Origin: Candidatus Marinacidobacterium sp.
GTDB taxonomy: Bacteria > Acidobacteriota > Vicinamibacteria > Marinacidobacterales > Marinacidobacteraceae
DNA: 64,000 nt
NCBI GenBank assembly: GCA_965220965.1
Contig: OZ244852.1
Location: 736,001-800,000 of the forward strand
Direction of reading: 5' to 3'
A program made the position numbers and the translations under genes. How positions within the stretch are numbered: the stretch's first letter is position 1; each line of letters opens with the position of its first letter. The notes beneath the pieces are model-generated. The model was given only the letters and a program-made list of their open reading frames with translations, was not told where the DNA came from and made no database searches. This document shows, in pieces, positions 26,632-38,909 of the stretch.

Positions 26632-28301
26632 TGAGGCTCGGCCGCGCGGTCCTCGTCGCCGCGATGGCGCTCGCGGCGGCGGCGTCGCCCGGTGAGGAAC
26701 CGGAAATCCGCTTCACCGAAGTCGCGGAGTCCTCGGGCATCCGCTTCGTGAACATGTACGGCGGGGTGGCCAGCAAGGACTACATCCTGGAGACGACCGG
26801 GACCGGCGCCGCGTGGTTCGACTACGACGCCGACGGGGACCTGGATCTCTTCCTCGCGAACGGAACGCGGCTGGGCTACGACGAGGCGCTGAGCCTCTCG
26901 AGCGCGCTCTTCCGGAACGAGGGGGAGGGGCGCTTCCGCGAGGTCACCGGCCCCGCCGGACTCGAGTCCTACGGCTGGTCGCAGGGGGTCGCGGTGTTCG
27001 ACCACGGCGACGACGGGGACCCCGACCTGTTCGTCACCCGCTACGGACCGAACCTCTTCTTCGAGAACCTCGGGGACGGGACCTTCGTGGAGCGGGGGGC
27101 GGAACTCGGCCTCGCGGACCCCCGCTGGGGAACCGGCGCCGCGTTCGGCGACTTCGACCGCGACGGCGTCAGCGACCTGGTCGTCGTGAACTACGTCGAC
27201 TTCGAAGTGGAGACCACCCCGGGTCCGGGCGAGGCGCCCAACTGTTTCTTTCTCGGGCTCGCCGTCATGTGCGGCCCGAAGGGGCTCGACCCGCCGCCGC
27301 CGTTCCTCTACCGGGGCCTCCCGGAAGGCCGGTTCGAACCGGTCGAGGACACCGACGTGGGCGCCGACCGGTACTTCGGGCTTGGAGTCGTTCTCGGCGA
27401 TCTCGACGGCGACGGCGACCTCGACATCTACGCCGCGAACGACCAGACCCCGAACGCGCTCTTCCGAAACGAGAGCGTCCCCGGCCGGATGGCGTTCCGC
27501 GAGGTCGGACTCTCCGCCGGCGTGGCCTACAACGAGGACGGGCGGGCGCAGGCCGGGATGGGAGTGGATCTCGGCGACTACGACGGCGACGGGCTCCTCG
27601 ACATCGTGGTGACGAACTTCTCCCACGACTACAACACGCTCTACCGGGCCACCGGCGACGGCTGGTACGCCGACGAGTCCTTCGTCGCCGGCGTGGCGGA
27701 GCCGAGCTATCCCTACCTCGGGTGGGGGACCGGGTTCCGGGACCTCGACCGGGACGGGCGGCTCGACCTGGTCGTCGTGAACGGACACGTGTATCCCGAG
27801 GTGGACGGGGGAGTCACCGAGAGCGAGTACGCCCAGCGGGGCCTCGTCTTCCGGAACCTCGGCGGCGTGTTCGCCGAGGTCCCGCCGACCGCGCTGGGCG
27901 TCCCGCTCGCCGCCCGCGGCGCCGCCTTCGCCGACTACGACGACGACGGGGACGCCGACCTGCTCGTCACCGTGATGAACGACCGTCCGGCGCTCTTCCG
28001 CAACGACACGGTTTCCTCCGCCGGCTGGGCGGGGTTCCGGCTGGTGGGCCGCGAGAGCCCCCGCGACGGGACCGGGACCCGACTCGCGCTCTCGGGGGCC
28101 GACGGGCTCCCGGCGCTGCTGCGCGAGTCCCGCTCCTCCGGCAGCTACCTCGCCGCGAACGATCCCCGGGTGCGCTTCGGGCTGAGCGACCGGGAAGGTC
28201 CCTTCACCGCGCGGGTGCGCTGGACCTCCGGCTGCGAACACGAGGTCGCCGCGGTCCCGGGCGAGTACGCGCTCGTCGTCGAGCCCCGCCCCTGCAACTG
28301 A
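26628..28301 (+). CDS. CRTAC1 family protein (FG-GAP plus ASPIC/UnbV)
   Basis: FTEVAESSGI, YILETTGTG, MCGPKGL, QAGMGVD, SYLAANDPRVRFGL; GTGA overlap. Confidence 0.9.
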   Translation: MMRLGRAVLVAAMALAAAASPGEEPEIRFTEVAESSGIRFVNMYGGVASKDYILETTGTGAAWFDYDADGDLDLFLANGTRLGYDEALSLSSALFRNEGEGRFREVTGPAGLESYGWSQGVAVFDHGDDGDPDLFVTRYGPNLFFENLGDGTFVERGAELGLADPRWGTGAAFGDFDRDGVSDLVVVNYVDFEVETTPGPGEAPNCFFLGLAVMCGPKGLDPPPPFLYRGLPEGRFEPVEDTDVGADRYFGLGVVLGDLDGDGDLDIYAANDQTPNALFRNESVPGRMAFREVGLSAGVAYNEDGRAQAGMGVDLGDYDGDGLLDIVVTNFSHDYNTLYRATGDGWYADESFVAGVAEPSYPYLGWGTGFRDLDRDGRLDLVVVNGHVYPEVDGGVTESEYAQRGLVFRNLGGVFAEVPPTALGVPLAARGAAFADYDDDGDADLLVTVMNDRPALFRNDTVSSAGWAGFRLVGRESPRDGTGTRLALSGADGLPALLRESRSSGSYLAANDPRVRFGLSDREGPFTARVRWTSGCEHEVAAVPGEYALVVEPRPCN

Positions 28302-28320
28302 ATTCTCCGGGGGACAACGC

Positions 28321-29427
28321 TCACCGCGGTTCGTCGAAGGACACGGTCTTCAGGAGGGCGTAGACCGCCCGGCCAGGACCGAGGCCGAGTTCCGTTGCGG
28401 CGGCGCGGGTGATCCGGGCGCGCAGAAGCGCCGGGGAACCTGCGGGACCGACATCCACCAGGACTTCGACGAAGGGCGTCCCGACCTCCTCGCGAACCTC
28501 CCGGACCTCGCCGGCGAGCACGTTCCGGATGCTGATGTGGCGGGGCCGCTCGGTGGCGATCGCCACGTCGCGGGAGCGGACGCGCAGCCGGACCTCGGCG
28601 CCCGCCGGGCGGTCGAGGCCGGGGACGCGCATCGCCTGGCCGTGGAGTTCGAGTTCGGTGAGCCCGTCCGCCGCCGGACGGGCCGCGACCCGCGCGGTGA
28701 GCACGGCGCCCGCTTCGAGCCAGGACACGCGGTCCCCGTGCCCCATCGCGGCGAGGACATCGCCGGCGGGGGCCGCTTCCGCGACCCGGCCGTCGGCGAT
28801 GAGCGCGATCCGGTGCGCCACCCGGATGACCTCGTCCAGGTCGTGGCTGACCTGGAGCACGACGAGGCCCAGGTCTTCGGCGAGCGAGCGGAGCCAGGCG
28901 AGGATCCCGCTCCGCGCGCTCCAGTGGACGCCGGAGAGCGGCTCGTCGAGGAGGAGGATCCGGGGGTTCGCGAGGATCGCGCGCGCCAGCGCGGCGCGCT
29001 GGAGCTCGCCGCCCGAAAGCCCGGCGGGGGCGCGGTCCAGAAGCGAACCGAGCCCGAGGCGCTCCACGGTCTCGTCGAAGGCGGGCGCTCCCGGGGGAGG
29101 GGCGGGCGCCCGCCGCCGCCCGTAGTCGAGGTTGTGGCGCACCGAGAGATGGGGGAAGAGGGCTGGCTCCTGGAAGCAGAACCCCGCGCCCCTCCGGTGC
29201 GGCGCGACAAAGACCCGGCGCGCGTCGTCCTGCCAGACCTCTCCACGCACCTCGAGCCGCCCCTGGAGCCGGGTGAGCCCGGCGAGCGCCCGGAGCAGCG
29301 TCGTCTTGCCCGCCCCGGACGGCCCGAACACCGAGGTCACCCGGCCGGGCGGCGCCTCGAAGCGGGCCTCCACCCGGAAAGCGCCGACCGCGCCGGTGAG
29401 TTCAGCGCGAAGTCCCGCCGCGGTCAT
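28321..29427 (-). CDS. modC: Molybdate ABC transporter ATPase
   Basis: Walker [14 protein letters not shown] signature, LLLDEP, TOBE region SIRNVL; ATGA overlap with modB. Confidence 0.95.
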   Translation of the reverse strand: MTAAGLRAELTGAVGAFRVEARFEAPPGRVTSVFGPSGAGKTTLLRALAGLTRLQGRLEVRGEVWQDDARRVFVAPHRRGAGFCFQEPALFPHLSVRHNLDYGRRRAPAPPPGAPAFDETVERLGLGSLLDRAPAGLSGGELQRAALARAILANPRILLLDEPLSGVHWSARSGILAWLRSLAEDLGLVVLQVSHDLDEVIRVAHRIALIADGRVAEAAPAGDVLAAMGHGDRVSWLEAGAVLTARVAARPAADGLTELELHGQAMRVPGLDRPAGAEVRLRVRSRDVAIATERPRHISIRNVLAGEVREVREEVGTPFVEVLVDVGPAGSPALLRARITRAAATELGLGPGRAVYALLKTVSFDEPR

Positions 29428-30104
29428 CGGAACCGGGCCTCGCGCTGGCGCTGGAGACGGAGGGTCAGCGCCACGACCGCGAACGAGAACACCAGCAGGC
29501 CGCCGGACAGCAGGTGGGCCGTCCCCCACTCGAGCAGCTCCACGTGGTCGTAGATCGCGATCGAGAGCACCCGGGTCGCCCCCGGGATGTTCCCGCCGAT
29601 CATCAGGATCACGCCGAACTCGCCGACGGTGTGCGCGAAACCGAGCACCGCGCCGGCGACCAGCCCCGACCGGGCCCCCGGCGCCGCCACGCTCCAGAAG
29701 GCGTCCCAGGGGGAGGCGCGGAGCGTGGCGGCCGCCTCCAGCGGACGGCGTCCGACCGCCTCGAACGCGCTGCGGATCGGCTGGACGGCGAACGGAAGCG
29801 AGTAGACCACCGAGCCGATGACGAGGCCCGGGAAGGAGAACGCGAGCGAGCGGTCCCCGAACAGGCGGGCGACGAAGCCGCCCGGTCCGTCAGGGCCCAG
29901 CGCGATCAGGAGGTAGAAGCCGAGGACCGTCGGAGGGAGGACGAGCGGAAGCGCCACCAGCGCCGCGACCGGCTCCCGGAGCCGGGAGCGGGTGCGCGCC
30001 AGCCACCAGGCGATCGGGGTCCCGAGCAGCAGCAGGAAGACGGTCGTGACTCCGGCCAGCTCCAGCGTGAGCCGGATCGGCGGCCAGATCGCCTCGAGGT
30101 TCAA
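29424..30104 (-). CDS. modB: Molybdate ABC transporter permease
   Basis: [42 protein letters not shown]. Confidence 0.96.
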   Translation of the reverse strand: MNLEAIWPPIRLTLELAGVTTVFLLLLGTPIAWWLARTRSRLREPVAALVALPLVLPPTVLGFYLLIALGPDGPGGFVARLFGDRSLAFSFPGLVIGSVVYSLPFAVQPIRSAFEAVGRRPLEAAATLRASPWDAFWSVAAPGARSGLVAGAVLGFAHTVGEFGVILMIGGNIPGATRVLSIAIYDHVELLEWGTAHLLSGGLLVFSFAVVALTLRLQRQREARFR

Positions 30105-30111
30105 GGACGCC

Positions 30112-30906
30112 CTATTCGACCCGGTACCCGCGTCGCTCGAGCAGCTCCCGGACGGCGCCGCCGCCGAGGAACTCCAGGAAGGCGGCGGGCTCCGGCCGTC
30201 CGCGCCCCCTCTCGAGGAGCACCGCCTGCTGGCGAATCGGGGCGTGGAGATCTTCCGGCGCGATCCAGGTGGATCCCTCCCGCCCCATCACCTGGGATTG
30301 GGCCACGAACCCCAGCTCCGCGTTGCCGGTGACGACGAACTGAAGCGCCTGGGACACGTTCGTCCCGAACACCTGCCGCTTCCGGAGCTCGGCCTCGAGC
30401 CCGAGCTTCCGCGCGACCTCGAGCGCGGCCCGGCCATACGGAGCCGTGCGCGGGTTCGCGAGCGCGACGCGCCGCACCGAGGGGTCCCGCAGGGACTCCG
30501 GCGACAGCTCGCGTCCCGGCTCCGGGCTATGGAGGACCAGCCGTCCCACCGCGTAGGTGCGGCGACTGCCGGGGACCGCGAGCCCCTCCCGTTCCGCCCG
30601 CTCCGGGCGCTCCTCGTCGGCGGCGAGGAAGACCTCGAACGGCGCCCCCTGGACGATCTGGGCGTAAAGCTGGCCGGTGGAGCCGGAGCTGAGCGTCGCT
30701 TCGCAGCCGGTCTCCCGTTCGAAGGCGGCCGCGACCTCGCGCGCCGTCTCCAGGAAGTTGGAGGCCACGGCGACCCGCACTGGCTCGCAGTCCCGGTCCC
30801 CGGCGTTTGCGGGGAGGGCCGGGAGCAGAAGAAGGACGACCGCGGAGAGACGGCGAAGACCGGAGGCCGCCCGGTTCGGGACCCGGCGACTCCCGGCCGC
30901 GATCAC
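30112..30906 (-). CDS. modA: Molybdate ABC transporter substrate-binding protein
   Basis: [41 protein letters not shown]; GTG 30906 overlaps the upstream TGA. Confidence 0.93.
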   Translation of the reverse strand: MIAAGSRRVPNRAASGLRRLSAVVLLLLPALPANAGDRDCEPVRVAVASNFLETAREVAAAFERETGCEATLSSGSTGQLYAQIVQGAPFEVFLAADEERPERAEREGLAVPGSRRTYAVGRLVLHSPEPGRELSPESLRDPSVRRVALANPRTAPYGRAALEVARKLGLEAELRKRQVFGTNVSQALQFVVTGNAELGFVAQSQVMGREGSTWIAPEDLHAPIRQQAVLLERGRGRPEPAAFLEFLGGGAVRELLERRGYRVE

Positions 30907-32120
30907 TCCGGCCGGGTCGCCGTCATCATGATTTCGACCTTGATGCCGGCGCCCATGAGCTGCGTCTCGACGGTTGCGCGGGCCGGCGGCGTCCCGCCGA
31001 CCATCTCGCGGTACGCCGCGTTCATGGCGTCGTAGTCGCGGATGTCCTCGAGGAAGACCACCGCATCGTCCACATCGGCGAAGGTCAGGCCGGCGGCGTC
31101 GAGCGCTTCCTGGAGCCGCAGGAGCACGGCGCGCGTCTGCTCGCCCGGATCCTCGCTGCGCGGCGAGGGGGGCACCATGCCGGAGAGGTAGAGCCGGTCG
31201 CCGGCCCAGATGCCGGGCGAGAGCGGGCTGCCCGAGCGGGGGCCGCCGGGAGAAAGCACCGACCGCTCCGCGCGGCTCGCCACGCACTGGACCTCGGCGG
31301 TGAAGAGCGGGTTCACCAGGCGGGCCTCGACGGTGGCGCGGCTCGGCGGATCCTCGGGGAAGAACTCCCGGTAGGCCCCGTTCATCGCCTGGAACTGGCG
31401 CGGGTCGTCGAGGAACACCCGGCAGTTCGCCACCTGGGAGTAATCCATCCCGGCGGCCTCCAGGACGAGCCCGATGTTCCCCATGATGCGCTCCATCTGC
31501 TCCGGCACGCCGCCCGCGACCGGCTGGAAGGTGTCGGGATCGCGCGCGGTGGCGCCGGCGATGAAGAGCGTGTCGCCCGCCATGACGCCCCACGAATACG
31601 GCAGTTCCGGACTCTGCATGGTCTCGGGAACGATGATCCGCCGCTCGACGCCCTCGTTGACCGCGACCATCGAGATCTCGACGAGCGCGCCGGGGACCGC
31701 GATGCCGGCTTCGACGGTGGCCCGGGTCGGCGGATCCACCGGGAAGTACTCCCGGTAGACCTCGTTCATCCCGGAGAAGTAGCGGGAGTCCGAGAGATAG
31801 ACGTTCACCGCGGCCACCCGCGAGAGATCGAGGCCGATGCTTTCGAGCGTGGCCTGGAGGTGGTCCAGCGTCTGCCGGGTCTGCGCTTCGATCCCGCCGG
31901 GCACGATCTCCAGCGTGCCCGGCACGTTCCCGAGCGCGCCGGCGAGATACACCAGATCCTCGGTCTCGCGGTACTCGGAGAACGGCAGGCCCAGCTCGTT
32001 CGTGTCGTCGGACGCCTCCGGCTCGGCGGGGGGCGCGCCGGCGCAGCCGGCGAAGGCCAGCGCGAGGGCGCCGGCGAGGAGAAGCAGCGGAAGGGACCGG
32101 GATCCGGCGGAGAGGGGCAT
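30903..32120 (-). CDS. Lipoprotein with three tandem RidA/YjgF/UK114 domains
   Basis: Lipobox FAGC; three repeats of MN.xYRE...PP(T/S/A)RATVE....VEI/VQ; AGGAG SD. Confidence 0.9.
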   Translation of the reverse strand: MPLSAGSRSLPLLLLAGALALAFAGCAGAPPAEPEASDDTNELGLPFSEYRETEDLVYLAGALGNVPGTLEIVPGGIEAQTRQTLDHLQATLESIGLDLSRVAAVNVYLSDSRYFSGMNEVYREYFPVDPPTRATVEAGIAVPGALVEISMVAVNEGVERRIIVPETMQSPELPYSWGVMAGDTLFIAGATARDPDTFQPVAGGVPEQMERIMGNIGLVLEAAGMDYSQVANCRVFLDDPRQFQAMNGAYREFFPEDPPSRATVEARLVNPLFTAEVQCVASRAERSVLSPGGPRSGSPLSPGIWAGDRLYLSGMVPPSPRSEDPGEQTRAVLLRLQEALDAAGLTFADVDDAVVFLEDIRDYDAMNAAYREMVGGTPPARATVETQLMGAGIKVEIMMTATRPE

Positions 32121-32287
32121 GGACGAACTCCTGATTTGACGGCGTCGGGCCATGAAACGGCCGCCCGGCGCGGCGGCCGATGATACATTCCGGGTTGTCC
32201 GGGACCTACCGGGCCGAAGGGTCCCGGGAGCGCGCTCCGAGCTCCCTTCGGGAGTCCGGGGATTCCGGTCAGCGGGGGGGCGATGTA

Positions 32288-33616
32288 GTGCACTCTGTCT
32301 TCCGTTACGACCTCGCCGGACGCCTCGGCGCCGACGGGGTGGCGATCGAGGACGCGCTGGTTCAGGCCGGGGCCGGGACGCCCGCCTACGTCTACTCCTC
32401 GGACGCCGTCGAGGCGCGGTTCCTCGGTTTCCGCGACGCCCTCCGGGGGGCGCTGCGACGCGAGGACCCGCTGGCCGCCGACCCGCTGGTCGCGGTCGCG
32501 GTCAAGGCGAACGCGCAGCCGGCCCTGCTCGCCCGCCTCGCCGGCCGGGGGGCTGGCGCCGAGGTCGTTTCGGCGGCCGAACGGCTCGTCGCGGACGGGG
32601 TCGGATTCCCGCCGGACCGGGTCGTTTTGTCGGGAGTCGGCAAGACGGTCGGCGATGTGGACACCGCGCTCCGGCTGGGAGTGCGGTTCGTCTCCGTGGA
32701 ATCGGCGCCCGAACTCGACCTGCTCGACGCCCGGGCCCGGCGCCTCGGAGTGCGGGCCTCCGCGGCGCTCCGGCTGAACCCGGGGCTCGAGCCGTACACC
32801 CATCCCAAACTGGCCACCGGAGCGGCGGAGACCAAGTTCGGGATCGGGGCGGACGAAATCATCCGGATCGTGGAGAGCCGGGAGAGCTGGCCCGCGGTGG
32901 ACATCATCGGGGCGCACTCGCACCTCGGCTCCCAGATCGACGGCCTCGCCGGGCTCGAAGCCAACGCCCGCGGGGTGGGCGAGGTGTTCGGCGGGCTCGC
33001 CCGCAGCGGCGTCCCGCTTCGGCTGGTGGACCTCGGGGGCGGCCTCGGGATCCCGCAACAGGACGCCGAGCCCGAGACCTCCTTCGAGGAATACGCCGCC
33101 GCGGTCGTGGGCGCCCTTCGGGAAGCCGCGGGCGGCCTCCCCTTCGAGCTCGTCGCGGAGCCGGGGCGCGCTCTGTTCGGCCCCGCCGGCGTGCTCGTGA
33201 CCCGCGTGCTCCACCTCAAGCGCTCGGGAGGCCGGGAGTTCGTGGTGGTCGACTCGGGAATGAACGATTTCCTGCGTCCCGCGATGTACGACGCCCACCA
33301 CCGCATCCTGCCGCTCCGCCGCCGCGAGGGGGAGGCGCGCCGCTTCGATGTGGTCGGCGGGGTGTGCGAGACCGGCGACTTCTTCGCCCGCGACCGGCCC
33401 CTGGCGCCGCCCGAGCCCGGGGACCTGCTCGCGGTGCTCGACGCCGGGGCCTACGGGTACTCGCTGGCCTCCAACATCAATCTCCGTCCGAGGCCCGCCG
33501 AGGTGGTCGTGGAGGGAGGGCGGGCGCACCTCGCCCGGCCCGCCGAAACGCCGGAGCAACTGGCCGACGAGGTGCTGGGGCGGACCATGGCCCCGACCGG
33601 GGAGTCGCTGCGGTGA
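32288..33616 (+). CDS. lysA: Diaminopimelate decarboxylase
   Basis: GTPAYVYS, AVKAN, SGVGKT, HSHLGSQI, DLGGG, EPGR, VCETGD, GAYG. Confidence 0.93.
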   Translation: MHSVFRYDLAGRLGADGVAIEDALVQAGAGTPAYVYSSDAVEARFLGFRDALRGALRREDPLAADPLVAVAVKANAQPALLARLAGRGAGAEVVSAAERLVADGVGFPPDRVVLSGVGKTVGDVDTALRLGVRFVSVESAPELDLLDARARRLGVRASAALRLNPGLEPYTHPKLATGAAETKFGIGADEIIRIVESRESWPAVDIIGAHSHLGSQIDGLAGLEANARGVGEVFGGLARSGVPLRLVDLGGGLGIPQQDAEPETSFEEYAAAVVGALREAAGGLPFELVAEPGRALFGPAGVLVTRVLHLKRSGGREFVVVDSGMNDFLRPAMYDAHHRILPLRRREGEARRFDVVGGVCETGDFFARDRPLAPPEPGDLLAVLDAGAYGYSLASNINLRPRPAEVVVEGGRAHLARPAETPEQLADEVLGRTMAPTGESLR

Positions 33617-34134
33617 ACCGTCCGCCGCCCCTCCCGCCGGTGCGGTGGTGGCTCGTGGCGGCGCTCGGCGTGGTTGCGGCCACCTTCGCCTGGCTGGCGT
33701 TCGGCCGGACCGCGGACCCGGCCGAGTACCTCCTCGCGCTGGGCCTGGTGGCGCTCTTCACGCCGCTGAAGGCGCTCATGATCCGCTGGCTCGACGGGCG
33801 CCGGCCCTACCAGTCGGCGTTCGCCGCGTCCATGTTCTCCATCTTCGTGGGGATGTGGTTCGACCCTCCGCTGAACATCTGGCCGCTCCTCTTCCGCAGC
33901 ACCGCAGTGACCGCCGTCCTCGAGATCCTGCCCCTGTTCGCCTTCCGCACCTCGAGCCGCCCGGTCCGCCTCGTGCTGATCTCCACCTACATGAGCATGG
34001 TGGTCCATCTGCTCTCGGTCGGCTTCGTGCTCATCCCGCGGTCGCCCCTGATCGGGCTCGGCCTCATGGCCGCCGGGGTGGGCGTCCTGCTGACGCCGCT
34101 GTTCCTGCGGCGCTGGGCGCTCGGAACCCGCTGA
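33613..34134 (+). CDS. Hypothetical integral membrane protein (173 aa)
   Basis: GTGA overlap with lysA; about six hydrophobic segments; host-like codon usage. Confidence 0.75.
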   Translation: MNRPPPLPPVRWWLVAALGVVAATFAWLAFGRTADPAEYLLALGLVALFTPLKALMIRWLDGRRPYQSAFAASMFSIFVGMWFDPPLNIWPLLFRSTAVTAVLEILPLFAFRTSSRPVRLVLISTYMSMVVHLLSVGFVLIPRSPLIGLGLMAAGVGVLLTPLFLRRWALGTR

Positions 34135-34253
34135 CGAACGCGAAAGTCACAGTCCGGCGATCACCGGTTCGGGCTGCTCCGCGGGGTTCTCCCGCCGACG
34201 CTTCCCCGCTCATCGCACGGTGAAGCCCGCGTTGGGTCGGGGCTCGAGAGGTT

Positions 34254-34334
34254 GGGGGAGGGTCTGGGAGGGGGATACCCCCTCCCGCAATTCGTACTGC
34301 GGAATCGGAACCTGGCGTGAGCAGGTTCCGATCC
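34254..34334. repeat. Intergenic REP-like element, copy 1 (G-tracts, hairpin, second hairpin)
   Basis: GGGAGGGGG-ata-CCCCCTCCC (34266-34286) and ATCGGAACCTG-gcgtgag-CAGGTTCCGAT (34304-34332); homologous to the copies at 58833 and 59017. Confidence 0.8.
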
Positions 34335-34341
34335 CCGGCCC

Positions 34342-35619
34342 TCAATCCGGGCCGGCGGCGCGTGGCGCCCGCGGGGGCGGGGCCTCGCTGCGGATCGAGC
34401 CCACCGTCATCAGCAGCAGATCCACATCGCCGTCCCCGAAGCTGCCGTCGGCGGTGGCGGTCCCCACGATCCGGGCGGTCCGCCAGAGCTCCGCCAGACC
34501 CACGCGCCCCTCGCGGTTCAGCTCGGTCAAGGACTCGAAGGCCGCCCCGAGTTCCTGACTCCGGGTATCGGCGTTCTCGGCGAGCGATTCGATCGCGATC
34601 CGTCGCATCGTCTCGATCGCGGCCGCCCGGTGCGAGCCCGGGTTCGCCAGGTAACCGAGCAGCACGAAGACCCCCGAGGCGATGAACAGGCCGGAGACGA
34701 GGGCGCCGGCGAGGACCAGCAGGCCAAGCCGGCGGCGGCCGGCGGGCACCGTGCGCAGCTCGCTCCCGAGGGCGAGCGTCCCGGGGGGAGGCGTCGGGAG
34801 CCACGGCTCGGGAGCGTCTTCCGCCGCGGCGCGGGCCGTCGCGCGGCGCCGGGCGCCGGCGTCCTCGTCGCTGCGCAGGTAGACCGCCAGCCCGATCCCC
34901 AGAATCGCCACCGCCGGGACCAGCACGCCGGCGGGGACCCAGACCGGGTCGGCCAGCGTCTCCAGCCCGCCCAGGTTGAAGAGCAGGAGCGCGGTCAGGT
35001 TGTGGAAGAAGTGGATCGAGATCGGAACCAGGATGCTGCGGGTGGTGAGCGCGGTCAGCGCGAGGATGACGCCGGCGACGAAGTAGTTCGGCAGCAACAG
35101 GCCGTGCATCGCGGTGAAGAGCAGCGCGGACACCACGATCGCGCCGGTGCGCCCGAGGCGGCGCAGGCCGGTCAGGATCACTCCGCGGAACAGCAGCTCC
35201 TCGGAGACCGCGGCGCCGAAGCAGACGCCGCCGAGCAGAACGATCCACGAGAACCAACCGTCGGCCCGCACCATCTCGGCGATGGCGCGCATCGTCTCCT
35301 CGTCGATCGGAATGACCTGGCGGCTCAGGCTGGCGAGCTGGTCGCTGACCACGAAGAGCGACAGCGCCACCGGGACCGAGAGCAGGAGATGGCCGTTCTT
35401 CGCCGGGCGAAGCTGGAGCGCCCGGTAGGGGCGGAGCCGGAAGACCCGGACGGCGCCGACGGCCACCAGCAGCGTCGCCGCCGGCGCGGCCAGAACGGCG
35501 ACCTCGACCGGGAGGCCGGTCCGGCTGATGAAGACCCCGATCGCGATGATCGCGGCGAACGCGCACAGGAAGACCGCGAGGGCCTGGGAGACGGTGGCGA
35601 GGCCGGGGCGGTTCTTCAA
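34342..35619 (-). CDS. CPBP (Abi/CAAX) intramembrane glutamic endopeptidase with C-terminal extension
   Basis: EELLFRG, SALLFTAMH, HFFHN; multiple transmembrane helices. Confidence 0.88.
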   Translation of the reverse strand: MKNRPGLATVSQALAVFLCAFAAIIAIGVFISRTGLPVEVAVLAAPAATLLVAVGAVRVFRLRPYRALQLRPAKNGHLLLSVPVALSLFVVSDQLASLSRQVIPIDEETMRAIAEMVRADGWFSWIVLLGGVCFGAAVSEELLFRGVILTGLRRLGRTGAIVVSALLFTAMHGLLLPNYFVAGVILALTALTTRSILVPISIHFFHNLTALLLFNLGGLETLADPVWVPAGVLVPAVAILGIGLAVYLRSDEDAGARRRATARAAAEDAPEPWLPTPPPGTLALGSELRTVPAGRRRLGLLVLAGALVSGLFIASGVFVLLGYLANPGSHRAAAIETMRRIAIESLAENADTRSQELGAAFESLTELNREGRVGLAELWRTARIVGTATADGSFGDGDVDLLLMTVGSIRSEAPPPRAPRAAGPD

Positions 35620-35651
35620 GCTTCCGGAACCGGGGTGCTAAGTTGACTGCG

Positions 35652-38674
<3,023 letters not shown>

Positions 38675-38683
38675 TGTCCGGCG

Positions 38684-38878
38684 ATGGCGTCTTTCCTTCT
38701 CTGGCTCCTCCTGTTCGTGGTCTGCTGGCCGCTCGCGCTGCTGGCGCTCGTCCTGTATCCGGTGGTCTGGCTCCTTCTGCTGCCGTTCCGGCTGCTGGGG
38801 GTGGCGGTGGACGGGGTGTTCTCGCTGCTGAAGTCGGTCTTCCTGCTTCCGGCGCGGGTGCTCGGCGGACGCGCCTGA
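38684..38878 (+). CDS. Small hydrophobic membrane protein (64 aa)
   Basis: Fills the gap between co-oriented genes; amphipathic LLLPFRLLG...LLPARVL pattern. Confidence 0.75.
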   Translation: MASFLLWLLLFVVCWPLALLALVLYPVVWLLLLPFRLLGVAVDGVFSLLKSVFLLPARVLGGRA

Positions 38879-38909
38879 GCCGGCGCGGTCGCGCTCCCGG
38901 GCGGCCGGT

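Noticed and set aside
32121-32287. Moco riboswitch or ModE box upstream of rid-modABC; lysine riboswitch upstream of lysA
   Set aside because: No recognisable consensus in this short divergent promoter region; an Rfam scan would be needed.
34342-35619. Abortive-infection defence gene
   Set aside because: The Abi label for CPBP proteases is historical; no defence-island context.
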